A DNA stretch of 64,000 nucleotides, taken from Anaerolineales bacterium. Lineage in GTDB: Bacteria; Chloroflexota; Anaerolineae; Anaerolineales; E44-bin32. Within the stretch, counting starts at the first letter, position 1. Every line of letters starts with the position of its first letter. The notes beneath the pieces were generated by a model. It saw only the letters and a program-made list of their open reading frames with translations, was not told where the DNA came from and did not search any database. Both the position numbers and the translations under genes were made by a program. Of this stretch, positions 56,335-64,000 are shown piece by piece. The stretch is taken from the NCBI GenBank assembly GCA_016927115.1, contig JAFGNH010000080.1:1492-65491 (forward strand). The letters run 5' to 3'.

Positions 56335-57066
56335 CTACTGGTTTGCACTGCTGTCTATGAGGTTGATAGTCTCCTGTCCCAAATCGACCAGCACGGCTTC
56401 CATACCCGGGTAGCCTGTATGCAGTGAGATAACGTAATTCCTGTGTGAAAAACTCAGCAGGAGATAGGATTGCGCGACTCCGTCACGATACTCTTCATCC
56501 GAGATATTCGTACAGGTGTAGCCGCTTGTTCCTAGAGGGCTGTCCCCTCGAGAGAAAAACCCGGGATTTCCACAATTTCCACCCACAGTGCCTTGCTGTG
56601 CCATCTCTTCTGTATCCATTCGTGAAATACTGATCGTACTGCCGCATTCCCCGCACCCAACCAGCGAATCCAGATCCGCCACGCAGGCGTACTCTGACTG
56701 TGATGTTACCAGACTCGCATCCACGGGAAGTAACGCACAAATATCCACAGTACCTTCTTCCTGTACACCAATCGAATCCTCTAACTCCCCTTCTGCATCT
56801 TCACCCTCTATCATCCGTACTCTGGAAGCCTGTCCCTGGACATAGCAGACCTCGTACTTAACATTATCGGGATCCCCGGGCGTTTCAGGGGTGACGCCTA
56901 TCCTCTCTGCAGCGCTTTCATACTGGGCCCGGTCTGCCGTAATGCAGTTTTCGGCAGCGGATCTGAATAGAACAGTAATTACATCGGGGGTTTGGCAGGC
57001 AAGTGATGCGGCAATCAAAACAAGGACAAACAGCTTCCATTTGATATCGATTTTAAGATCATTCAT
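56335..57066 (-). CDS. Putative Cys-rich lipoprotein (island cargo)
   Basis: 243 aa. It has a signal peptide plus lipobox, WKLFVLVLIAASLAC, and many Cys. I recognised no family. Confidence 0.55.
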   Translation of the reverse strand: MNDLKIDIKWKLFVLVLIAASLACQTPDVITVLFRSAAENCITADRAQYESAAERIGVTPETPGDPDNVKYEVCYVQGQASRVRMIEGEDAEGELEDSIGVQEEGTVDICALLPVDASLVTSQSEYACVADLDSLVGCGECGSTISISRMDTEEMAQQGTVGGNCGNPGFFSRGDSPLGTSGYTCTNISDEEYRDGVAQSYLLLSFSHRNYVISLHTGYPGMEAVLVDLGQETINLIDSSANQ

Positions 57067-57316
57067 TACTCAAGTCCTCTCTGACAATCAGGAGTCCTTC
57101 GCCGCTGATACAATGATTTGATTTCCCATACTGAAAAGGTATAGAGCAAAAGCATCTATACTATAAACCATCCAGTATAAGAATGGATACCCGTGATTCC
57201 ATCGAGCAGCTAAGGCATTTCTTGACGCATCGGATAAGCCGGTCCAGGAAACTGAGTTGAAAGATCATCCTCATTTGCCAGGGATTTGGCAGGAAAAATA
57301 CTGCCGCAAGTGTAAT

Positions 57317-57350
57317 ACCCCTTGGAAACGAGGGGTTCGTTGTTTTGTTG
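57317..57350 (+). repeat. Orphan second copy of the tRNA-Val trailer/terminator segment
   Basis: aggggttcgttgttttgttg (57331..57350) matches aggggttctttgttttgttg (55841..55860) at 19 of 20 positions. It is preceded by a matching short stem (acccct). No plus-strand gene lies upstream of it. Confidence 0.6.
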
Positions 57351-57388
57351 AAGTTTGAGAAGAGAGGGAAAATGGAAGAATCGCTCTC

Positions 57389-59734
57389 TCATTGGATATC
57401 CGAGAATCTGAGGACGATCGGATAATCCTTCACCAGAAGGTTCTCGATGATCAACTGGCTGCCGTCCACTTCAAACACCTGCGGCTGGGTATAGCCGTGC
57501 AGCACGTCGATCCCGGTCACACTTGCAGGCATGCCCTCCTCAAAGGTAAAAGTGAGCGTTGCATTGGTGCCGGGATCATATTCTACAGCAGCGCCGTTTG
57601 TCCATAAGGTGAACAGCATGTCCCCGTTGGGCAATGTGAAACTGTATGACAGGATATTATTCTCTGAGCTCTCGATACCCACTTCCAGGTTGGCAGGATG
57701 ATTTCCAGCCATCACGGTGGAGAGGTTTCTCACGGTGGAGTAAACCATCTGGTATCTCGCATCCACGTCGACACCTGCAGCGATATCCATCCCCAGATGC
57801 GTCAGGATGTTGCGGGCATAATATTTCGGCATCACTAGGTCTTCGTAGACCCAGGGTTGGCCGGGGTCGGCATTCCGATTCCCCCGCCAGGTCAGTTCAT
57901 CCGCCCGGTACTCTCCGGTAAATCCTGCATTGACAGCCAGTGTCTTGATCTCATTTGCAAAGGAGGGGTAGTTGAGATAATAACTAGCTCCGTTTTCGTA
58001 TGCCGGTGATGGGCCGTAAAAAGGATGCCACGTGAGGCCGTCTACAATGGGCATGATCTCGTCGGAGGCAGCAACGGTTCGCAGGTAGGACGCAGAGGCA
58101 GGGCCATCTGTACCGGATGGGGCACCGACGAACACCTTTGCCTCCGGATCGATTGCCCTGATCTCCGGGACCACCAGGGAGACCAGTGAGATGTAGTTTT
58201 GCGGTTTTATGCCCTGGGTACAAGCGAAGTTATCCGGCTCATTCCAGATCTCATACTCATGGACGCCTTGATTACTCAGGTACTCAACGGTGTCCCTGAC
58301 ATACTGGAGATAATCTTCTGTTTCCGGGTCACCAGGGCCTGCATTCGCAAACCTTTCACACGGCACTTCCTCCCCGGCGTTCTGCGCTTCTTTATTCCAG
58401 AAGCTGATAATGTAACTGATGGTCAAATCCTGGCCGTGAAAGGCATCAATGCATGTATCGTTATTCTCATCAAGATACTCAGGCCTTTCGAGATTTACAG
58501 GAACTTCCATCTCGTTGAAGGAGAAACGGATGTGTTTAATACCCAACCCCCCAAGATGATGCAGTAGAGAGGAGTCCTCCAGGCAATAGAACCAGCAGTA
58601 AGGATAAAATCCATGCTGCCCGATGCGGTTGTCCTCCGATATCTCACTTGATGAAAGAGAAAGAAGGATTTCTGCCAGAGATAAGTTCCCTTCCTGTATC
58701 ATGAGGTTCCAGCTTTCATCTGGCGTTGGTAAAGAGAAGTTGCTGGTGGAGCCGCCGGGCATGGTGGCAGTGGCTTTAAGGTTCGCTCCTGAGAATGGTT
58801 CGCTGGATGTGAAGGTGAATGTGCCGTCCGGTCCAGCTGTCACACTGCCCTCATAGAATTCGGCCCAATTGCCCTCTCCGGAGAAAATCTCCACCTCACA
58901 GCCCGGGCAGGCTGCCCCGCTGACCGTACCGGATGGATCAAAGGATAGGATCACCGGGGCTGCAGTAAAGCCTGAAACCGGCGGTATCATTCTGAGGACC
59001 GTATCCTCTCCATAGATCAGATTTCGTGTGATGGTAGTGCCCTCTGTATTTCCTGTATTGATGTCGATGCTGGGAGCGCCGCAGTAGGCGATTACGTTTC
59101 CAGGCCCGATAATATTCCCGGGAGAGTGATCCAGGATTTGAATCCCGGTATAGGTTAGGCCAACATAGCCATTGAATTCAACACCAATCTGGTTTCCGGC
59201 AATGGTATGGTGGCTGCCGCCTTTCTGGATGATGATACCGTCCCTGTTCCCGGTGATCAAATTGCCCTGTCCCAGGGGTCCTGCACCAATCTCCGGATCG
59301 CCGCCGATGGTGTTGTGTTGGGCATTTTCCCACAGGGTGATGGCAGTTCCTTCGAAATTGACAATATAAAGCCCCTGTATGGTGATGTATTGGGCGTTGA
59401 TGCTGAGAGCGCCATATTCTGCCCCACCGCCGTCCAGAACGACCCCGGCATCGCTGGCGTCGATCGTCAGGTGATCCCTGTTGATTTCCGGCAGTATTTG
59501 CAGGATGGCGATCGCGGCGGGATCTTCGGGGTCGAAGACTTCCGGATCGAAGGTAATCGTGTCGTACGATTCTGCGTTGTTCAGAGCCTCTCGAAAACTG
59601 CCGGCTCCGCTGTCTGCTGTGGTGTTGACAATGGTTGTGTTTCCCTGGGGGATGGGTGTTTCTGTTGGTGTGGTGACTTGCTGTGGTGCTGCGGTTGGTG
59701 AAGATGTCGGTGTGGATGTGGTTTCAGGGCGCAA
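57389..59734 (-). CDS. Secreted right-handed beta-helix + clan GH-A glycoside hydrolase (GH5/GH39-like); its signal peptide lies in a different frame
   Basis: It has a Thr/Pro linker and then beta-helix repeats (NTIGGDPEIG..., GNLITGNRDGIII, HTIAGNQIG, TITRNLIYG). The TIM-barrel glycosidase part carries the acid/base motif HEYEIWNEPDN. A lipoprotein signal, MKRILVVLLALAFILAAC, starts at 59784 in another frame. Confidence 0.65.
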   Translation of the reverse strand: MRPETTSTPTSSPTAAPQQVTTPTETPIPQGNTTIVNTTADSGAGSFREALNNAESYDTITFDPEVFDPEDPAAIAILQILPEINRDHLTIDASDAGVVLDGGGAEYGALSINAQYITIQGLYIVNFEGTAITLWENAQHNTIGGDPEIGAGPLGQGNLITGNRDGIIIQKGGSHHTIAGNQIGVEFNGYVGLTYTGIQILDHSPGNIIGPGNVIAYCGAPSIDINTGNTEGTTITRNLIYGEDTVLRMIPPVSGFTAAPVILSFDPSGTVSGAACPGCEVEIFSGEGNWAEFYEGSVTAGPDGTFTFTSSEPFSGANLKATATMPGGSTSNFSLPTPDESWNLMIQEGNLSLAEILLSLSSSEISEDNRIGQHGFYPYCWFYCLEDSSLLHHLGGLGIKHIRFSFNEMEVPVNLERPEYLDENNDTCIDAFHGQDLTISYIISFWNKEAQNAGEEVPCERFANAGPGDPETEDYLQYVRDTVEYLSNQGVHEYEIWNEPDNFACTQGIKPQNYISLVSLVVPEIRAIDPEAKVFVGAPSGTDGPASASYLRTVAASDEIMPIVDGLTWHPFYGPSPAYENGASYYLNYPSFANEIKTLAVNAGFTGEYRADELTWRGNRNADPGQPWVYEDLVMPKYYARNILTHLGMDIAAGVDVDARYQMVYSTVRNLSTVMAGNHPANLEVGIESSENNILSYSFTLPNGDMLFTLWTNGAAVEYDPGTNATLTFTFEEGMPASVTGIDVLHGYTQPQVFEVDGSQLIIENLLVKDYPIVLRFSDIQ

Positions 59735-60098
59735 GCAGCGAGAATGAATGCCAGGGCGAGCAGTACAACGAGTATTCTTTTCATGGCTCTTCCCTTTCTT
59801 GAGATTCGGATCAAGGTGGGACGCCGGGCTGCATGATGATTGTTACATAATGTGCGAAAGTACTCCAGATTGTTTCCAGTATACAGGCATTTAAAAAAAC
59901 ATACCCTGGAGGCGGGACCTTGAAATCGCCTGAATGCAACCTGTGCAGGATCATGACAAGGGTAATACGTTCTACTCCAGCCAGGATGGGCTGGGGTACA
60001 TCAGCGTTCCGTAGCCCCGGTGGAACATCGTGCGCAGATTTGGATAACAGGGTGATTAGACTGTTTTCCCCTATTATTTCCGAAGCGCTTGGCAACAG

Positions 60099-60116
60099 GT
60101 CCTATACCGCCCACAG
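60099..60116 (+). repeat. Direct repeat copy 2 (displaced tRNA-Val 3' end), attR-like
   Basis: gtcctataccgcccacag is identical to 55803..55820. Confidence 0.85.
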
Positions 60117-60117
60117 G

Positions 60118-60151
60118 AAAAGACGCTCAGCTGTAACACAGAGCGTCTTTT
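60118..60151 (+). terminator. Hairpin directly after the distal tRNA-end repeat (possible original tRNA-Val terminator)
   Basis: aaaagacgctc (60118..60128) pairs with gagcgtctttt (60141..60151) around a 12-nt loop. The U tract is short. Confidence 0.45.
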
Positions 60152-60241
60152 GAGTTAAGAAGAAATTCAGACATTTTCAGGAAAGCAGTGCAACTATAAA
60201 ATAGATTGAAAGAACGCCGGATCAGGATTGCATCTAACCTT

Positions 60242-60454
60242 CTACTTATTCCGTTTCCGATAATCCCTGATCCAGTTCGTCCCATACTCATCTCTCCCCA
60301 TCGCCAGATCAGCAGCTAAAACAGCAGTCCGCACTTCGGTGACCAGCGGATTGGTAATCGGGCAGGACAGGCCTGCATGGATGGCCATGGCTATGAAAGC
60401 TGCATTGACATACTTCCGGTCCGGCAGCACCAGCGCTGTGACTTTGTGTGGGGA
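60242..60454 (-). pseudogene. 3' fragment of a pterin-binding methyltransferase gene (methyltetrahydrofolate:corrinoid methyltransferase / MtrH-AcsE-like)
   Basis: The open frame after a TAA reads SPHKVTALVLPDRKYVNAAFIAMAIHAGLSCPITNPLVTEVRTAVLAADLAMGRDEYGTNWIRDYRKRNK. It resembles the last ~70 residues of MeTr-type TIM-barrel methyltransferases. The ~200 upstream codons expected for such a gene are missing. Confidence 0.45.
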
Positions 60455-60997
60455 TTAAATGGTCGGTCGCTGCGTTGCATGGGGTTTCCGCAAATCACGT
60501 GTCGAAACCCACGGGCAAATGAAGGCCCTGCTGCTCGGTGCAGCCGGTATGCAGGATAACGAGAGGCTGTTTCAGGATCGGCTTTTTAATTTCCAGATAA
60601 GATAATTGATTGTATTTCAAAAGGTTTCTCTCCCCTGGGCTTTGTGCGGGCAGGCGGAAACCGCTGCCCGGAATTGCAGTTCCTATGAATTATAGGCCAG
60701 CTTGTGATAAATGCTGCAGGCATGGCAAAGGCAAAATCTTTTCAGCCTGGACAGGTCATTTGTTCCCATTTGGTCCGAATGGCTGTTGTAGCAGGTGTGT
60801 TTTCCAACCAGAATGGGTCTGATCGGGTTTCTTCTTTAACTGCGGCAGACGTTCCTCATTCTGGCTGGAGAGTAGAAAACGATACGAAGCACAGAAGGAA
60901 AGTGCTTTCCAGTGATGGGTGTTTTACCGTCTGACTTGAAACACTGTTTCCCACATAATCCACAGATTTACGCAATGGTGGTTCCCCTGGAGGATAT

Positions 60998-61045
60998 TTG
61001 ACATAGATTTACGGTTATTGTATAATGTGATTAAGCGCTTAATCA
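60998..61045 (+). promoter_or_regulatory. Perfect-consensus sigma70 promoter followed by an 18-bp perfect palindrome (candidate operator)
   Basis: ttgaca (60998..61003), a 17-nt spacer, then tataat (61021..61026). tgattaagcgcttaatca (61028..61045) is a perfect palindrome covering the predicted +1. It lies about 120 nt upstream of the M14-like gene. Confidence 0.5.
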
Positions 61046-61168
61046 TATTATTTATCAACAGGAATAAAGCGAAATTTCAAGCATAATCTGGATTGAGTCA
61101 ACGATCCGGGTTTTGCCTGCATGTAGTTCGACCCCCGGTATGTTCTACAGATTGACAGGAGAGGGTAA

Positions 61169-62566
61169 ATGTCACTACAGATAATAATGGAACCGGAAAG
61201 CGCAGGCCAGCTGGTTCTGGGAAACGAATACTACCATCCCGGAATCGCCTATAAACCGGGCGATTCTGTCTTAATTAAGATAGTTCCTGAAAGTCCCTAT
61301 CAATTCACAGGGTGGACGGGTGATGTCTCTGATGACCACATGGCTGATGTCCCATTGAAGTTGGCTATTACAGAAGAAAATCAAGTTATTACAGCCAATT
61401 TTAAAAAGAACCCGGAACACTCCAAAGAACTGGTTTTTGATTCAGCATTTGAAAACGGAAATGGCATTTTGCGATACTACGATCGTGACTCAAGGCGGTT
61501 GGTAGTTGAACCACAGCAGATCAACCTGGCTAATAATATCTGGTGGCATTTTAAAATCCACAATATCACTCCAGGCGAATTCCTTCATCTGGATATTGAC
61601 AACTGGGAGATTGCCGGAGATTGTCAACCCGTTTTCAGTTATGATGGTAAAAACTGGCAGCGCATGACAGGTGTGAAATCTCCTTATATCCAGCGTTTTG
61701 AAGCTGCCTCTGTAGAGATAGCCCGTAACATCCCTTACACATTCAGTCACAGTCTCGCGCTGGTGGATGAGTTGGTGAGCCCCTATGTACAGCCACAAAT
61801 CCTGGCAATCAGCGAAGGCGGTCGCCAGGTTAAAACCATGCGGATCACTGACCCTCAGGTAGCAGATGATCAGAAGCGAATCATCTGGGTCATGGCACGA
61901 TTGCACGCTTTTGAAAGCCACTCCAGCATCTTAGCGGAAGGATTAGCGAGATGGCTGACCACAGATAATGATGAAGCAAGAGCCATTCTAAAGCGGTTTA
62001 TTGTTTATATCACTCCTATTATGGATGTTGATAACGTTGTGCTTGGAGGCTCCGGAAAAGAACAGTTAACCTGGGATCGGCAGCGGGTAGATTTTAACCG
62101 CCAATGGGGAGACACATCCCATTGGGCTGCTGTCCGGGCGGCGAAACAGCTGCTGGAGGAACTCCAGAAAACCCATGATATTGCCGCGTTTATCGACCTG
62201 CATGACCCATGGTTCTCAGGAGATGGCCACTGGGATCCTCCCGCGAAGTTTGAAACCCAGATCCGGGAATTTTCTCAAACTTTCATAAAAATTCTGGAAC
62301 AATCAGTGACGAACGCAAGATGGAAATTTGAAATCATCGTCTGGAAGGGAAAAGGGCAGGGCATTGAGCCTACGCTCGATCCCACCCTGCAGACCTCTAC
62401 CTCGTATGCAAGCAGCAGACTTTTCCCTGAGGCGGAAGGACATCTGTGTTTTGTCATGGAGATTCCACATTGGACAGATGGGTATGGGAATCCAATTACA
62501 ATTAGAGGCTTGAGCGCATATGGAGAAGCACTCGGCCGCGCGTTGGGGGATTATTTAAATGGGTAA
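61169..62566 (+). CDS. M14-family zinc carboxypeptidase-like protein with an N-terminal beta-repeat domain
   Basis: 465 aa. It has an HxxE zinc motif in RIIWVMARLHAFESHSS and downstream ITPIMDVDNVVLG, as in M14 peptidases. The N-terminal YQFTGWTGDV-type bacterial repeat is present. No obvious signal peptide. Confidence 0.6.
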   Translation: MSLQIIMEPESAGQLVLGNEYYHPGIAYKPGDSVLIKIVPESPYQFTGWTGDVSDDHMADVPLKLAITEENQVITANFKKNPEHSKELVFDSAFENGNGILRYYDRDSRRLVVEPQQINLANNIWWHFKIHNITPGEFLHLDIDNWEIAGDCQPVFSYDGKNWQRMTGVKSPYIQRFEAASVEIARNIPYTFSHSLALVDELVSPYVQPQILAISEGGRQVKTMRITDPQVADDQKRIIWVMARLHAFESHSSILAEGLARWLTTDNDEARAILKRFIVYITPIMDVDNVVLGGSGKEQLTWDRQRVDFNRQWGDTSHWAAVRAAKQLLEELQKTHDIAAFIDLHDPWFSGDGHWDPPAKFETQIREFSQTFIKILEQSVTNARWKFEIIVWKGKGQGIEPTLDPTLQTSTSYASSRLFPEAEGHLCFVMEIPHWTDGYGNPITIRGLSAYGEALGRALGDYLNG

Positions 62567-62595
62567 CTTAATCAGACTATGAGAAACACGGTAAG

Positions 62596-64000
62596 TTAGA
62601 TACCCAATGGGTCCATCTTTTCCCTGGTTTGTACACGGAGTTCTTCCGGCCAGGCTAATTCAAACCCAAGGCGATTTTCCAATACGGATTGGAATTCCTT
62701 CAGTAAATCAGGTGAATTTCGTATTTGTCGTGGTTTCAAGCCTTGTTTTATTGAAATTGCCGCTAAGGCACCTGCGGCCTCGCCGATATTCCATTCAACA
62801 GGGTGTAAACGATAGCATCCGTTAGTAATATGGGTTGAACCGATATTTTTCCCGGCGGGCAAATAGTTTTCCACTCTGCTCGGCAGCAATGCACCAAGAG
62901 GAATTTGAAAAGGCCAGCTGTTGATATCAATGTAATTTCTCCCTGAGGAACTGGGATGCAGGTCAATTCGGTAGCTGCCTATCCCCACACTGTCCGGGAA
63001 GATTTCTGCGCCAACCAATGCGCCGCGTTGTTCGACACCGATGTGTTCCTCCAGAACAGTGAACTCTGCTTGAATTCGCCGCGATTCGCGGATATAGGGT
63101 TTTTTCGCCAGGCTGTCAGTTCCCAGGATGTCTCCCCGCAGTCGCAGCTCCGGATAGCCATATCCGCGATCAGTTCTTGGAGCTTCCGTTTGCATCCAAT
63201 ACAATAAAGAAAGGCTCAATTGTTGAGCATTGGTTAAATGGTTTTGTTTTTCTTCTTCCGAAACGTCTACAAGTGGTCCCCGCCAATAGTCGCTTTGCGG
63301 CCAGTTGACAAGGGTAATGTCGCTGGGAAAAGCGCCCTCTGGATAATGTTTTCGATACAAGATGCGACGAAAGTGCCACATATCTTCCAATTTCTCAGCT
63401 TCGCGAGGGCCGGTAAAAAGGGGAAGATTCACTTCAGTGAGATCAACAGGATTTGGATAAATCCAGCTGAGTTGGGGGCCAGGCCAGAATTCTGCTTGAT
63501 ACGTTTTCCAGAAATCATAATCACGGGGCTTTTCGATTGTGTTGTCCTCATCCAATAAATAATCGACGGCAAAACACCACGAGAATGATTGCTGATCCAG
63601 AGGGTTCTCTTCGTCCGGTAGGGCGTGCATTTCCTGCGTCTGTTTTTGACTCTCTGCTCCTGTAACATGTTCCACGCCTGCCAGAGGAATTAAGTCACCC
63701 AAATCCGTTGCATCAATGACATACTCAAAATGTACTAGTCGTTGAATGTCATGTGTGCAATCAGAAAACCCGACCATTTTTATATAATCTGCTTCGACTT
63801 CTGCCCTGGTAAGGTTGTGGTTCAGCCATAAGGTCAGCTGGCCGCTTGCCAGATAAGGAGATAACATATTATTCAGAACAGCAAGACTTACTTTCGGCTC
63901 GTGGCATAATGGACTGACGTTACCCTGTCCGGGATTGAAATGGGGATTGTTTTTCACCCTGTCCAGGAGGGGATAATTTTGTCGATAATATTCCCGAATA
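62596..64000 (-). CDS. FAD-dependent oxidoreductase (FAD_oxidored/PF12831-like), 5' end beyond the window
   Basis: It has IDATDLGDLIPLAGV, and near the C-terminus GKNIGSTHITNGCYRLHPVEWNIGEAAGALAA, which is typical of this family. The reading frame stays open from 63957 to the window edge, and the N-terminal GxGxxG dinucleotide motif is missing, so the gene is partial. Confidence 0.65.
   Translation of the reverse strand, partial: IREYYRQNYPLLDRVKNNPHFNPGQGNVSPLCHEPKVSLAVLNNMLSPYLASGQLTLWLNHNLTRAEVEADYIKMVGFSDCTHDIQRLVHFEYVIDATDLGDLIPLAGVEHVTGAESQKQTQEMHALPDEENPLDQQSFSWCFAVDYLLDEDNTIEKPRDYDFWKTYQAEFWPGPQLSWIYPNPVDLTEVNLPLFTGPREAEKLEDMWHFRRILYRKHYPEGAFPSDITLVNWPQSDYWRGPLVDVSEEEKQNHLTNAQQLSLSLLYWMQTEAPRTDRGYGYPELRLRGDILGTDSLAKKPYIRESRRIQAEFTVLEEHIGVEQRGALVGAEIFPDSVGIGSYRIDLHPSSSGRNYIDINSWPFQIPLGALLPSRVENYLPAGKNIGSTHITNGCYRLHPVEWNIGEAAGALAAISIKQGLKPRQIRNSPDLLKEFQSVLENRLGFELAWPEELRVQTREKMDPLGI

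Larger units (their letters stand above)
55803..60116. mobile_element. Degenerate tRNA-Val-associated genomic island remnant (no integrase detected)
   Basis: It is bounded by an exact 18-bp direct repeat of the tRNA 3' end. It contains a truncated PIN/VapC gene next to the tRNA, a lipoprotein gene and a frame-disrupted secreted glycosidase gene. A terminator hairpin, possibly the original tRNA terminator, follows the distal repeat. Confidence 0.4.

Noticed and set aside
59811-60098. Possible tyrosine-integrase remnant at the distal island end (94-aa minus ORF containing AHDVPPGLRNA...LAGVE)
   Set aside because: The resemblance to the HxLRHT...GV box is superficial. No R-H-R-Y catalytic pattern can be reconstructed in any frame, so I do not call an integrase.

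Overview
This is a 64-kb, moderately GC-rich bacterial chromosomal window. The mix of FHA, zinc-ribbon, Ser/Thr-kinase, HEAT-repeat, deazaflavin-type and GT-C genes suggests a Chloroflexota/Anaerolineae-like organism; that is inference only. From left to right it contains: a partial P5C-dehydrogenase gene and housekeeping or hypothetical genes (1-6.2 kb); envelope-glycosylation genes (GtrA + GT39-like, and a YfhO-like GT-C protein), an OmpR/HK two-component pair, and a Ser/Thr kinase carrying three C-terminal zinc ribbons (6.2-15.5 kb); a divergently organised sugar-catabolic locus with an isomerase, two kinases, an aldolase, a TIM-like protein, a Pot-type ABC importer and a DeoR regulator (16-29 kb); a decayed amidohydrolase gene (29.5-30.1 kb); a tightly packed nine-gene minus-strand operon (30.2-43.4 kb); redox and envelope housekeeping genes (DsbA-like, deazaflavin- and nitroreductase-family, HEAT-repeat pair, HdrD-like Fe-S membrane protein, L,D-transpeptidase, HAD, lpdA; 43.9-55.3 kb); tRNA-Val(GAC) followed by a roughly 4.3-kb integrase-less island remnant bounded by an 18-bp repeat of the tRNA 3' end (55.7-60.1 kb); and an M14-like peptidase plus a partial FAD-dependent oxidoreductase (61-64 kb). 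The nine-gene operon is the most interesting part. It encodes an Hsp70/actin-fold ATPase fused to FHA, a HerA/FtsK-type P-loop ATPase with a Ser/Thr-rich hydrophobic insert, two paralogous pairs of a Cys-rich ~240-aa protein with a leaderless LysM protein, and three membrane proteins, two with zinc ribbons. One of the LysM proteins carries 27 perfect AIPAS pentapeptides bracketed by ILNRDD triplets. I cannot assign this operon to any described secretion, defence or envelope system from sequence alone. No CRISPR array, rRNA or intact transposase/integrase was seen.
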